Assembly: GCA_965215015.1 (NCBI GenBank)
Contig: OZ244042.1
Span: 2,112,001 to 2,176,000 of the forward strand
Origin: Candidatus Poribacteria bacterium
GTDB lineage: Bacteria > Poribacteria > WGA-4E > PCPOR2b
DNA length: 64,000 bases
Reading direction: 5' to 3'
Part shown: in pieces, positions 10,821-20,279 of the stretch
Layout of the letters: each line of letters opens with the position of its first letter
Position numbering within the stretch: position 1 is the first letter of the stretch
Notes under the pieces: generated by a model
What the model was told of the DNA's origin: nothing
The model's input: the letters and a program-made list of their open reading frames with translations, nothing else
The model's database searches: none
Made by a program: the position numbers and the translations under genes

Positions 10821-11819
10821 CTACCCACTCCTTAGGCTTCGATCGGCTAGGGGCAGTTCAAGTTTCTCACCACCCCGCAGGTGCGATTCCCGCATCGCGA
10901 TACCGATTTCAAGGGCTTCACGCCCGTATTCCCCGGGACACAGTGTATCCGTGCCTTCGTCAAGATCTTTGACGAGTGCCTCAATAGCAGCTTGCTGAGA
11001 GCTGATGAAGTGCTTCGGGTTGGGAAACTGTCGGCGAACAGGCTCTCCAGTCTGAGTACTGATGGAGCGATCCGGGTAACGGGTCCACATCTCAAAGTCC
11101 GCATGCTCGTTGCGGGAGGAGAGCCAACCGTCGCTACCGATGAAATCGAATTGATGCCACCCGCCGGTGGTGATGAACCCCCGGATATCATTCTCGTAAA
11201 GAATCATACCGCTTCGCCTGTTATCGCTGTCGATATGCCCAACGACCCACTTGGCGGGTGCACCAGCAAACAGGCGAAACAGAGAAAGTGTGTGACCGCC
11301 GTGGGTGTAGCTACAGAGCATTGATGTAAGCTTACCAATCTCTCCCGCTTGAATGGCTTCCAGACAGGCTAAAAACCATGGACTCCAGTTCTGGTGACAG
11401 GCAATTACTAGAAGGATGCCATGCTGCCGACATGCCTCGATCATCGCATCAGCCTCGGCGAGACTTGGGGCTATCGGCTTGGTCGCATAGATTGCCTTCA
11501 CCCCACCCACTTCTGCTGTTCCGATAACAACCTCCGCTCGTTCTGCAGGTCTAGTAGTTACACTGACAATGTCGGGTTTCTCATTGGCAAGCATTTGCCT
11601 GTAGTCGGTATAAAGAGCGTTGACACCCCAACGGTGCTTAAAATCCTCCAACTGGGCAGGCAGCAGGTCTACGCCCGCGACCAATTCCACTCCCTTTGCT
11701 TCGACGTAGGCGGGCGCGTGCGCCATCGGATAAAAAAAATGAGGTCGCACGTCGGCTTCGTCGTCGATAGTGCTCCCAATCCGTCCACAACCGATAACGG
11801 CTGCTCGATAGGCTGCCAT
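10821..11819 (-). CDS. Gfo/Idh/MocA-family oxidoreductase (tandem paralog)
   Basis: GCGRIG, YTDYRQML..EKPDIVSV; strongly similar to 9692-10768; GGAGG RBS. Confidence 0.88.
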   Translation of the reverse strand: MAAYRAAVIGCGRIGSTIDDEADVRPHFFYPMAHAPAYVEAKGVELVAGVDLLPAQLEDFKHRWGVNALYTDYRQMLANEKPDIVSVTTRPAERAEVVIGTAEVGGVKAIYATKPIAPSLAEADAMIEACRQHGILLVIACHQNWSPWFLACLEAIQAGEIGKLTSMLCSYTHGGHTLSLFRLFAGAPAKWVVGHIDSDNRRSGMILYENDIRGFITTGGWHQFDFIGSDGWLSSRNEHADFEMWTRYPDRSISTQTGEPVRRQFPNPKHFISSQQAAIEALVKDLDEGTDTLCPGEYGREALEIGIAMRESHLRGGEKLELPLADRSLRSG

Positions 11820-11985
11820 ATCAATTACCTCCTCAAAGCGTTCCGTGGGATATCTTTTTGAATTGTTCTAGTAAACAAAGAGGGCAATCCCCTTTCTGGA
11901 GTGACAGACCGTTACCGCAATAACAAGGAGACCGCCCTCTTAGATTTCTACTTTGATTCCACGGACGGAATAAACTATCCCGTGG

Positions 11986-12777
11986 TTAGTGTAAGGCTTT
12001 GATTTTTCCCCATGTTGTAGTAAGGCTGTTGGCAGGATTGACGGCTAAGAAGTCGTCTTGTCCTGTCAGCATATTTGCCTTAATCTCCTCCTCACTCAGC
12101 TGCCGTGTCCAGAAACGAAATTCGTCGAGGAGGCCTTTGTAGGGGTTGTTCCCGTCAACGCGTTGTCCGAGATGAATGCCGAAAGCCTGGTTTCTGGTAA
12201 CAGAAGCTTCGTCTCCCTTACCTGAACCGACCTTTCTGCCATCAACATATATGTCAAGTGTAGCACCTCTGCGCACAAAAGCGTAATGGTGCCACTGGCC
12301 ATCGTTATACGCCTTCGGTGTTTCCACGATGGGACCATTAGGCTCCACGCCATCCCAGAAGAGACATGTAATATTATTTGGAGGGTGTGTTCGGATCCAA
12401 AATTGGGGTTCGCCGCCGCCCACATTGAATCCCCATATTAAACTTCCAGCATTCGCTCCTTCGTCATAATTGAACCAAATCTCTGTGGAGAAGTCGTCAG
12501 CCCCAACATCCATGGAGTCATGCCAAGGCATGTCCACATAGCTGCCACCTTTCCCATCCAGTTCAATTGCGCCGCCGTATTTTCCGTTGGGAACAAACTT
12601 GGCATCCTTAATTAACTTTCCGTCGTTCGCCCCCAAGGTACTCATATCTTCTGCCACATTTCCCTTTTCCTCATCCATTGAAAGGTAGATAATCAAACCG
12701 TCGATGTCTGCCGCGGTGTGTCCCACGATGGGTATTAACACAACGACTAACAATGCTGCAATGACATAGTTAAACAT
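11986..12777 (-). CDS. Secreted LamG/concanavalin-like jelly-roll protein with C-terminal TTWG.IK motif
   Basis: Signal peptide; GKYGGAIELDG, WHHYAF, YVDG, LDEFRFW; ends LAVNPANSLTTTWGKIKALH. Confidence 0.88.
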   Translation of the reverse strand: MFNYVIAALLVVVLIPIVGHTAADIDGLIIYLSMDEEKGNVAEDMSTLGANDGKLIKDAKFVPNGKYGGAIELDGKGGSYVDMPWHDSMDVGADDFSTEIWFNYDEGANAGSLIWGFNVGGGEPQFWIRTHPPNNITCLFWDGVEPNGPIVETPKAYNDGQWHHYAFVRRGATLDIYVDGRKVGSGKGDEASVTRNQAFGIHLGQRVDGNNPYKGLLDEFRFWTRQLSEEEIKANMLTGQDDFLAVNPANSLTTTWGKIKALH

Positions 12778-12843
12778 CAGTTATTCCTCCTTTGACATAT
12801 TCTCAAACCTAAAGGATTCAAATTCTTCCAAATCCGTTCGTTA

Positions 12844-13006
12844 TAGGAGTTACGCACTTCAGTACGGCACACCAACCGATGTCCCCTACGGACTCCTGAT
12901 GGAATCTCGGCTGTAGTTGCCCGATTCATCGGGCATTGGAAATTGTGTTCTGCAGCGATAAATCCCCGAACTACAAGGCATTGAGCATTCAACCGCGTAA
13001 GTCCTA
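12844..13006. mobile_element. MITE family A carrying GTAG-REP
   Basis: TAGGAGTTACGCA...GCGTAAGTCCTA TIRs; internal GTAGTTGCCCGATTCATCGGGC. Confidence 0.8.
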
Positions 13007-13512
13007 CGTTAGTGATATTCTGTTATCAATAACATTTGCTATTCAAAGGTAGTTTGACGGCACCTCCCCGATGCAAGGTCGGGACTGAGAAGCGTGCCAT
13101 GGACGATGTTTCGCCCACATTTACAAGAAAACATTGTAATCCCGGTTTTTATTCCTAGTGATTACAGAGCATATTAGCTACGAAACCCTTGTAAATACAA
13201 GGGTTCGGTTTCGTTGGGTTATCCCTATCTCCGGCCCTTGATGGAGAGGCGACGCCCTTACGAAACCTCCGGTTTGGTTGCATCACACTGATACCTACCA
13301 AACCGTGAATCCACGATTTTGTAAACGTTATCCCAACGCAACGGAATCGGGACTACAGTTAGTCTATCTCCCAAAGCTAAAGCATTGGGAAATAGATCTA
13401 AAGGAGTTTTCTTAAGACCACGCTCTTAAGAGTGCAAACTTCAGTAAAAATAGTACCACTGAAGTTCAACATTATCAATTAAAATATTGAGATTTCTAAA
13501 AAAGTGTGTTAG

Positions 13513-13664
13513 CTAGGTTCTGTTGACATTTGGGTATCGAGATATGAATCTTGACCTACAAGCTATCTGCCGCTATTGGACAGATGGGAGGGTCGGACAA
13601 GCTGAAAATCTCAATCTTATCGGGGATGCCCACCTACGTGTTGTCAAGTGTCAACACACTCTAG
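13513..13664. mobile_element. MITE family B
   Basis: CTAGGTTCTGTTGAC...GTCAACACACTCTAG. Confidence 0.65.
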
Positions 13665-13742
13665 TAGGAGGTCGAATACAAATCTATTACAAGATAGCAA
13701 GTACCATCGGGAACACTTCGTCAGTCAATGCTATCAACCTGA

Positions 13743-14573
13743 TTACTCAAATCGCGCTTTAATCTGTCCCCAAGTTGTGGTTAACATGCCATCGGGAGAA
13801 ACACCCAGAAGTGGACCGAATCCCAACCTCATGTTGTCTGAAATCTCATTCACGGGAAGCGCACGATTCCAAATGCGAACCTCATCGATGATGCCGTGGA
13901 AGTTTCTGAGGCCGGCAAAAGTTCCACCGACTCGGAGGTCGTTGTCTACATCTTTCAATGGAAGTGCCTCGTTTCCCTTATCCTCGAACACCAATTTCCC
14001 ATTGAGGTAAACACGATGTTCGCCCTTCTCCCAGGTCCCGGCGGCATGATACCAGACATTGTTATTTATAGCAGCGGCCGGATTCGGGTCATTGTTTTTC
14101 CTTGACCCCTTTTCCACACTGAGTTGGAGGTTAAATTTTCCATGCCTTCTAAATTTGAGTGCAAACCCCCCCCGCAACGGGTCGCAGTCACAATGGTCAT
14201 TAGTAATTGATTCCTTGGCAATGAGTCGAGGGGCGGTAGAGATTCCCTCCCCTTTCATCAGGAACCAACACTCCGCTGTGCCTTCGGATTCATGCAATTG
14301 GAGTTCTTTGGAATCTTTCGTTTCGATGATTACAACATCGTCATCTCCATCAAACTCTAGTGCCTTGCCATGCTTGCCTGGAACCCATTGTGGGGGGCCT
14401 TCCAATTTGCCATGGGTGCCAAGTCTAGACCGATCAAAAGCTGTATCCCCCTCTCCCTCATCAAATGGAAGGTACAGGATCAAAGAGGCGTCATTTGCAT
14501 ATTTCTGAGCGTTGGTCAAAGATGGAAGCATCAAAAGGTTGACTATCGTCAAAGTGAGAAGCAATGTCCTCAT
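13743..14573 (-). CDS. Secreted LamG-like protein with TTWG.IK C-terminus
   Basis: Signal peptide; GKHGKALEFDG, WYHAAGTW, IIDEVRIWNRAL; ends LTTTWGQIKARFE. Confidence 0.9.
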   Translation of the reverse strand: MRTLLLTLTIVNLLMLPSLTNAQKYANDASLILYLPFDEGEGDTAFDRSRLGTHGKLEGPPQWVPGKHGKALEFDGDDDVVIIETKDSKELQLHESEGTAECWFLMKGEGISTAPRLIAKESITNDHCDCDPLRGGFALKFRRHGKFNLQLSVEKGSRKNNDPNPAAAINNNVWYHAAGTWEKGEHRVYLNGKLVFEDKGNEALPLKDVDNDLRVGGTFAGLRNFHGIIDEVRIWNRALPVNEISDNMRLGFGPLLGVSPDGMLTTTWGQIKARFE

Positions 14574-14828
14574 GACCTTATCCTCCTATTCCTAATTTCG
14601 GTTAATTTTTAACTTTCACGCTCTACGACAAAATGGGGGAGATATACCCCAAAACGGTTAAGGAATGAGCATTTAACCACTGATACGTTTCGATCGACTC
14701 TTCCTAATTACTGCTTCGTAAGGAACAACTCTTCCTTTTGCGAAGGAGGGGTCAGAGCGGGGGAGCGACTGACTCATTTAGTTGTTAGTCCTAAACAACT
14801 TCTAACCCCACTCTGGGTACCACCCCTG

Positions 14829-15152
14829 TTGACGTACTCTCACCCCTAAAGGATTGGGATGCCTACCCGTTCCTTTAGGGGGCGAATTATGCTATCAACA
14901 CGGATAGCGAACCGAAGCCCGTCTGACAACCGCTACGGCAATGGACAACGCCCCGCCCATGGGCCACCCCTTCGCACAGCCACATCCCCTGCAACACACT
15001 GCCGGAGCAGTATGAGAAAACCGCCAAGGCTTTTACCCCTGATGACCATTTTCCGTGGGCGGTATAGCTATAGGTCAATTATACCCCCAAACGTTTTTGA
15101 GAACAAGAAAAACCAATGCGAAAGCAGGGGTAACACCCCTAAAGGATTTTTG
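14829..15152 (-). mobile_element. Non-autonomous IS200/IS605-type element (no tnpA/tnpB) with putative omegaRNA
   Basis: Minus strand: TTTAT, then left end CAAAAATCCTTTAGGGGTG, and right end CATCCCAATCCTTTAGGGGTGAGAGTACGTCAA matching the tnpB right ends at 7618 and 34080. Confidence 0.7.
15078..15106 (-). promoter_or_regulatory. Sigma70-like promoter inside the non-autonomous element
   Basis: TTGTTC-17 bp-TATAAT pointing toward the right end. Confidence 0.55.
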
Positions 15153-15192
15153 ATAAAACTGCATGAATTGAAAACAAAGCGTCCAAACTTAA

Positions 15193-15322
15193 TAGGACTT
15201 ACGCAATTGAACCCTCAAAACCTTATAGTTCGGTGATTCATCGGGCAACTACAGCGGGGGCACCATCTAAGGCTCGCGTAGGAACACTGATCGGTGTGCC
15301 CTACTGAAGTGTGTAACTCCTA
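15193..15322. mobile_element. MITE family A
   Basis: TAGGACTTACGCA...GTGTAACTCCTA, inverted relative to the 12844 copy. Confidence 0.78.
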
Positions 15323-15449
15323 CTTGAATGATATTATAGCACAAATCCCCAAAAATAGAACATAAACTGGACATTTCTAGCTGTAAGATGGGAGTGTCTG
15401 CAAAATTCCAGCACGGTTTTTCATATCCTTCTGGGATTTTACCATTTTT

Positions 15450-15478
15450 TTGTCACTCTTTTAAATCTGTGCTATAAT
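15450..15478 (+). promoter_or_regulatory. Sigma70-like promoter facing LamG gene 16077
   Basis: TTGTCA-17 bp-TATAAT with extended TG. Confidence 0.5.
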
Positions 15479-15578
15479 ATCAATGGTTCCAGTCTAAGAG
15501 TACAATTGGAAATTGTTCAACAGTTTTGGGGTGATATTTGCCCCGTTTCATAGTGGGTTGTGTGTACGTTTTGGAAAG

Positions 15579-15883
15579 TAGGAGTTACGCACTTGAGTTT
15601 GTAGTAACGCAATTCAACCCACGTCTTTAAGAGTAGTAGGCATACGGCGTATGCCGTAACCCCCCCGCTTGCGGGGGATTCGAGGGGGGGAGGGCACGGC
15701 GGAGCGTGCCTACTCCTGGCGAATGTAGTTGCCCGATTCATCGGGCGTCATGAGTTGTATAGATACCAACACTGTCGTGCAACATCGACCGGCTCAATTC
15801 ACCAAACCCTGTCGAGTAACACACCCAGTATTTGATGAGTCGCCGCCCTACGAGGGTTTGGACGTTCAACTGCGTAAGCCCTA
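15579..15883. mobile_element. MITE family A (long form) with several REP hairpins
   Basis: TAGGAGTTACGCA...TGCGTAAGCCCTA; contains GTAGTAGGCATACGGCGTATGCC, CCCCCCGCTTGCGGGGG, GTAGTTGCCCGATTCATCGGGC. Confidence 0.8.
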
Positions 15884-16076
15884 GAAAAGATTAAAGTAGA
15901 GCGGTGCCACCAACTCATTCAAACAGTAGCATTGAAGCACATGAACCAGCGAGCAGCAGAGCCTGTCCTTGATGTAATCAAGATGCTGTGGTGCATGTCC
16001 AAACTAATTTTGTGGAGCAGTCGTAGAAGGTAAAGGTTAGAAACTACCGGAAAATAATAAATAGGAGGATAAGGTT

Positions 16077-16904
16077 ATGAGGACATTGTTTCTCGTTTTG
16101 GCAATAGCTAGTCTTTTGATGCTTCCGTCTTTAACTCCTGCACAGAAATATGCAAATGATGAGTCTTTAATCCTGTACCTTCCATTTAATGAAGGGGAAG
16201 GAGATACAGCCTTCGATAGGGCCAGATTTGGTCACCATGGTAAGTTAGATGCACCACAATGGGTGCCAGGAAAGTTTGGTAAGGCGTTAGAGTTTGATGG
16301 AGAAGATGATGTTGTGATTATCGAAACGGAAAATTCTAAGGAACTCCAGATGGAAGGGTCAGACGGTACACTGGAGTGTTGGTTCCTGATGAAAGGAGAA
16401 GGAAACGCAAATCTCCCTCGACTCATTGCCAAAGAATCAGTGACTAACGACTGGGTCGTCACGCATGGGCGAGGCGGTTATACGCTCCGGCTCCAAAAGT
16501 ATTCTAAATTTAACCTCCAACTCAGTGTGGAGGAAGGATCGCGGGAAATTAATAAAGAGAAAAAGGAGGCTGGTGTAGATTTCAATGTCTGGTATCATGC
16601 CGCTGGGACCTGGGAGAAGGGCGAACATCGTGTTTACCTCAATGGGAAGTTGGTAAATGAGGATAAGGCACCAGATCTAACGTTTCCAGTGGAAGATAAG
16701 AGGAACGACCTCCGAATCGGCGGGACTTTTGCCGGCCTCAGGAATTTCCACGGCATTATTGATGAAGTTCGCATTTGGAATCGTGCGCTTCCCGTGAATG
16801 AGATTTCAGACAACATGAAGCTAGGGATTGGTCCGCTTCTGAGCGTTTCTCCGGCCTGGCAGCTAACCACAGCTTGGGGACAAATCAAAGCATGGCGAAA
16901 GTGA
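16077..16904 (+). CDS. Secreted LamG-like protein, inverted paralog of 13743-14573
   Basis: Long identical stretches with the 13743 protein; same AGGAGGATAAGG RBS; ends LTTAWGQIKAWRK. Confidence 0.9.
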   Translation: MRTLFLVLAIASLLMLPSLTPAQKYANDESLILYLPFNEGEGDTAFDRARFGHHGKLDAPQWVPGKFGKALEFDGEDDVVIIETENSKELQMEGSDGTLECWFLMKGEGNANLPRLIAKESVTNDWVVTHGRGGYTLRLQKYSKFNLQLSVEEGSREINKEKKEAGVDFNVWYHAAGTWEKGEHRVYLNGKLVNEDKAPDLTFPVEDKRNDLRIGGTFAGLRNFHGIIDEVRIWNRALPVNEISDNMKLGIGPLLSVSPAWQLTTAWGQIKAWRK

Positions 16905-16937
16905 TAGGGATTCTGGTATACTACAAGCCTAGGGCCA

Positions 16938-17197
16938 TTTAATTGAAGGGTGCTCATTTAAGTAGTAGGCACGCTCCGCGGGCCCTAAACCACACAACCT
17001 CTACGACATATGGCTTGGCTAACACGCAACTGCCATTAAACTCGCACCCATAACTTGAAAAACAAAGCACCTCCAACCCCGTCGGTGGGGCATCGTGTCC
17101 CATCTACCGCCTGAGACCCCTATCTGTATCTGTGTTTTCTGTGCCCTCTGTTTAATCCGTGATTTAGACAGTTATTATGTACACCCTTCATCTAATT
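16938..17197. mobile_element. MITE family C (TIR TGAAGGGTGCTCAT)
   Basis: Homologous over about 250 bp to 42960-43215; ends AATTGAAGGGTGCTCAT / ATGTACACCCTTCATCTAATT. Confidence 0.65.
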
Positions 17198-17536
17198 GAC
17201 GGGTGTGCATAATTCGAGACACATTATAGCTGAATGCAATCGTAGGGGCTTGGTTTCCAAGCCCGACGGGCTGGGAGCCCCACCCTCTACGCATCGAGAG
17301 ATGTTGAGAAGTATACGCATCAAAACCTACTTATGAGCACCCTTCATTTAATTCTTCTGTAGGAAGGATCTCTGAATCCCGACCCTTCACTGTAGGTGCT
17401 TGCAGCCCGATCTATCGAGGAGCGACTGCCCGATAGAGACTTTTCCTACATAACCAACAGAAAACCGAAAATTAAATGACCCTAACTACAAGCTCAAACA
17501 TCATTGCTTAAATAAAAAGAGAGGTGGTACACTGGA

Positions 17537-17965
17537 TTAGAAGCGAATGAGTCCACGTGCAACCTCCCCGTTCAGCATGTCACTAAACGCTTCATTCACC
17601 TCTTCTAATTGATAGGTTCGGGTAATCAGTTCATCCAACTTGAGCATACCAGTGCGATAAAGTGCGAGTAGACGGGGCCTGCCATACCGTGGACGCGCCG
17701 AACCGTAGTTACTGCCCATTATCGTTTTTTCGCCCCAGAACACAATTGCCGCGTCGAGGGACAGCGGTTCGAGAGGTGGAACGCCAACCCAGATTGCTTT
17801 TCCTCTATTTCGTATTGCACGCACTGTTTGTTCATACGTGGGGTGTGTGCCGATTGCCTCAAACGCATAATCTGCGCCCAATCCATCCGGCAAGGCTTGG
17901 ATCTCTGGAATCGGATCGACTTCGCTGGCGTTGATTGTATGGGTGGCACCAAACTGGCGTGCCAT
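17537..17965 (-). pseudogene. 5'-truncated Zn-dependent alcohol dehydrogenase
   Basis: C-terminal ARQFGATHTIN, GADYAFEAIG, GSNYGS, LDELIT..Y.LEEVNEAF; upstream sequence replaced by a REP/MITE-A end. Confidence 0.8.
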
Positions 17966-18237
17966 CGTTACGGCATACGGCGTATGCCTACTCCTGTCGG
18001 GCAATTTATGGTCTATGGTGATGCGGGTTGAATTGCCTTACGACACACTCAAGGGCGTAACTCCTACTACAATCCGATAGATTATCAATGGCTAGCAGCT
18101 TGCGTTATTTTAACATTTTCAGTTAAGCCAATACCAACCAATCAAATAACACAACTAGATCATTACTAAGTTGTATCAGTTTTTGTTATCTCCGCCTAAA
18201 ACAGAATACTGTATACTGTGAAGGTGTGCCCCAGCAC

Positions 18238-20175
18238 CTACCTTGAGCCACCAAAGAAGATTCGCATGTGGATAATGTCCCCGACGATCGTCCAGAAGCC
18301 CCCAACCATATACCCTCCCAAAATCAATCCGAGAAAGAATGGGCGCGCCTGGCGATGAAGCTTGAGCCCGCCATATTTGAGGACGATCCACTTGGCGAAA
18401 AAACCGATAAGAACAGAGAACCAAAAGACATTGATGTCATGACTATTTGAAATGGCATATCCCACCGGGTGAAACGGAAACCATAAGAATAACCTTCGCA
18501 TCACAGTGAAGAAGAGGACAAACACAAAGCCAACACCCACCGCCCCCGCACCGGTATAGTCAAATTCAGACGGATTAAGCATCCAGTTTTGTAAGCGAAC
18601 ATATCCGGCATTTGCAAATCGTTCAAGGGAGCTGCCTCCGGACTCGAAAGCAATATGCAAGTAGACCCAGAAGAAGCTGAGGCTTCCTACAATCAAGGCG
18701 AGAATCATAGCAATAACCAGCCCACTAGTACCCCTCCTTGTTCGATTGGCTAAAGCGAATCCTTCAATTTGATGGGGCATTGGGTGCGCGCGGTAGGTAA
18801 AGTTAAAAAAATTGAGCATTGTCAGCACTGTTAAATTCCGAGCACCGAAACGACGAGACCCCAAAACATCGGGCAAAATCTGATCGGGGCCCGTGAAAAC
18901 AAAATCGTGAAACGGAGCACCAAATTCGGCTCGAATTCGCGTCACACCAAGTGATACAAGGTAATACAGAACAAAGAAAGTGATACCAATCCAAACAGCG
19001 AGTCCTGCCCGCCAGAGAAAAAGTGTTAGGAAGCCTATGCCACCGATACCACCGATGAGCGCAGTTTTATAGCGCATTGGTTCATGAGAATCGTCCAATG
19101 TACTATCGCCGAGTATACGCTTAACAATCGCGATGAGGTGTCTCCGGTTTGACCACAATGCCACCAATACAATGCCGAGGAGCGCGCCAAATGATTGCTG
19201 AATCTGAACAACGGCATAGGAACCTGCAACGAACTGAAGTCCCATTGCCACAACAATCACTTTCTGAATCTTCCAGAACCAATAGAAAATCCAGCAAGAA
19301 AAGGACATCTCTAACGGCATGAAGAAAGACAAACCAACCATCGGCAGGATAACGCCAGTTGGTATCCATCCCATGGCACTCCACGGTTTGGCTGTGAAAT
19401 ATCTACCCAAATTATGATAGTAAGGGCTCCATTTAATGGACGGAATAGTCGGAAAAATCCAACCCAACCCATTAATCAGTGCCACTCCGCCTGAAATACC
19501 AACCCCAAGCCACAATCCCTTATTTCTGAATATTGCGAACGTCGAATCTGTCATCTCTAGGGGGAGTTGAATAATCGGATAGGATAGCTTCTCATTTTCA
19601 ACCCATGCCCTTCTGACAATTACATTGATACAGATCATCACAAAAACTAGCACCACGACGAAAGCTGACCACCATAGACAGGGCATCAACCAACTGTTAA
19701 TATGTTTGTCAATATAGAGGGTTGAATCTCCCTTATAATACGTATCTAGTATATTTCTATCGCTCACCGAAAGCCATGACGGAATATGTCGCCAAAACAA
19801 CTCTCTCCACTCATTTTCGGACGTGGCGTGCCGGAAGGGGACCTCCATGATGGTAGTAAGCGTTTGCATCATTTGGAACGATTGAATCGCAGAGGTCAAG
19901 CTTAATAGAATATAGATTGTTATCAATTCCCCCTGGGTCAGAGCAAGCTGGGGTGCAAATCGTTTCAAGGGGAGGTTAAGAAATAGCAGCACGCCGATAA
20001 TGAAAATGACGTTAAAGAAAGGTGATATAATTGTGGGAACGGATTGATACTGGTAGGGTTGTCGAGAAATTACCAACCAATAGGCATTGATGGGGATTAG
20101 AACCAGACCCAGCCATATAGCGCGCGTAGAAATGATTGAGGGCAAAGAAGCGGCTGATGAACGTTTTGAGTTCAT
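18238..20175 (-). CDS. DUF6785/DUF6784-like polytopic membrane protein (paralog of 7615-9555)
   Basis: RRAWVENEKLSYPIIQLPLEMT, RAHPMPHQIE, FHPVGY, KYGGLK; likely start MNSKR. Confidence 0.75.
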   Translation of the reverse strand: MNSKRSSAASLPSIISTRAIWLGLVLIPINAYWLVISRQPYQYQSVPTIISPFFNVIFIIGVLLFLNLPLKRFAPQLALTQGELITIYILLSLTSAIQSFQMMQTLTTIMEVPFRHATSENEWRELFWRHIPSWLSVSDRNILDTYYKGDSTLYIDKHINSWLMPCLWWSAFVVVLVFVMICINVIVRRAWVENEKLSYPIIQLPLEMTDSTFAIFRNKGLWLGVGISGGVALINGLGWIFPTIPSIKWSPYYHNLGRYFTAKPWSAMGWIPTGVILPMVGLSFFMPLEMSFSCWIFYWFWKIQKVIVVAMGLQFVAGSYAVVQIQQSFGALLGIVLVALWSNRRHLIAIVKRILGDSTLDDSHEPMRYKTALIGGIGGIGFLTLFLWRAGLAVWIGITFFVLYYLVSLGVTRIRAEFGAPFHDFVFTGPDQILPDVLGSRRFGARNLTVLTMLNFFNFTYRAHPMPHQIEGFALANRTRRGTSGLVIAMILALIVGSLSFFWVYLHIAFESGGSSLERFANAGYVRLQNWMLNPSEFDYTGAGAVGVGFVFVLFFTVMRRLFLWFPFHPVGYAISNSHDINVFWFSVLIGFFAKWIVLKYGGLKLHRQARPFFLGLILGGYMVGGFWTIVGDIIHMRIFFGGSR

Positions 20176-20279
20176 AGCTTCACCGAAAAAGGTCCCCTGT
20201 GTTTGTGAAGCAGATTGTGAATTTGCCCCACAAAAGAGTTGCATCTATATCTTCAATATAGTAGTATAAGGCGCACAGA

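Noticed and set aside
14887-15078. 63-aa ORF inside the IS-derived element
   Set aside because: The TTG start abuts the -10 box, there is no RBS, and it has no TnpA/TnpB similarity; the region is better explained as structured RNA.
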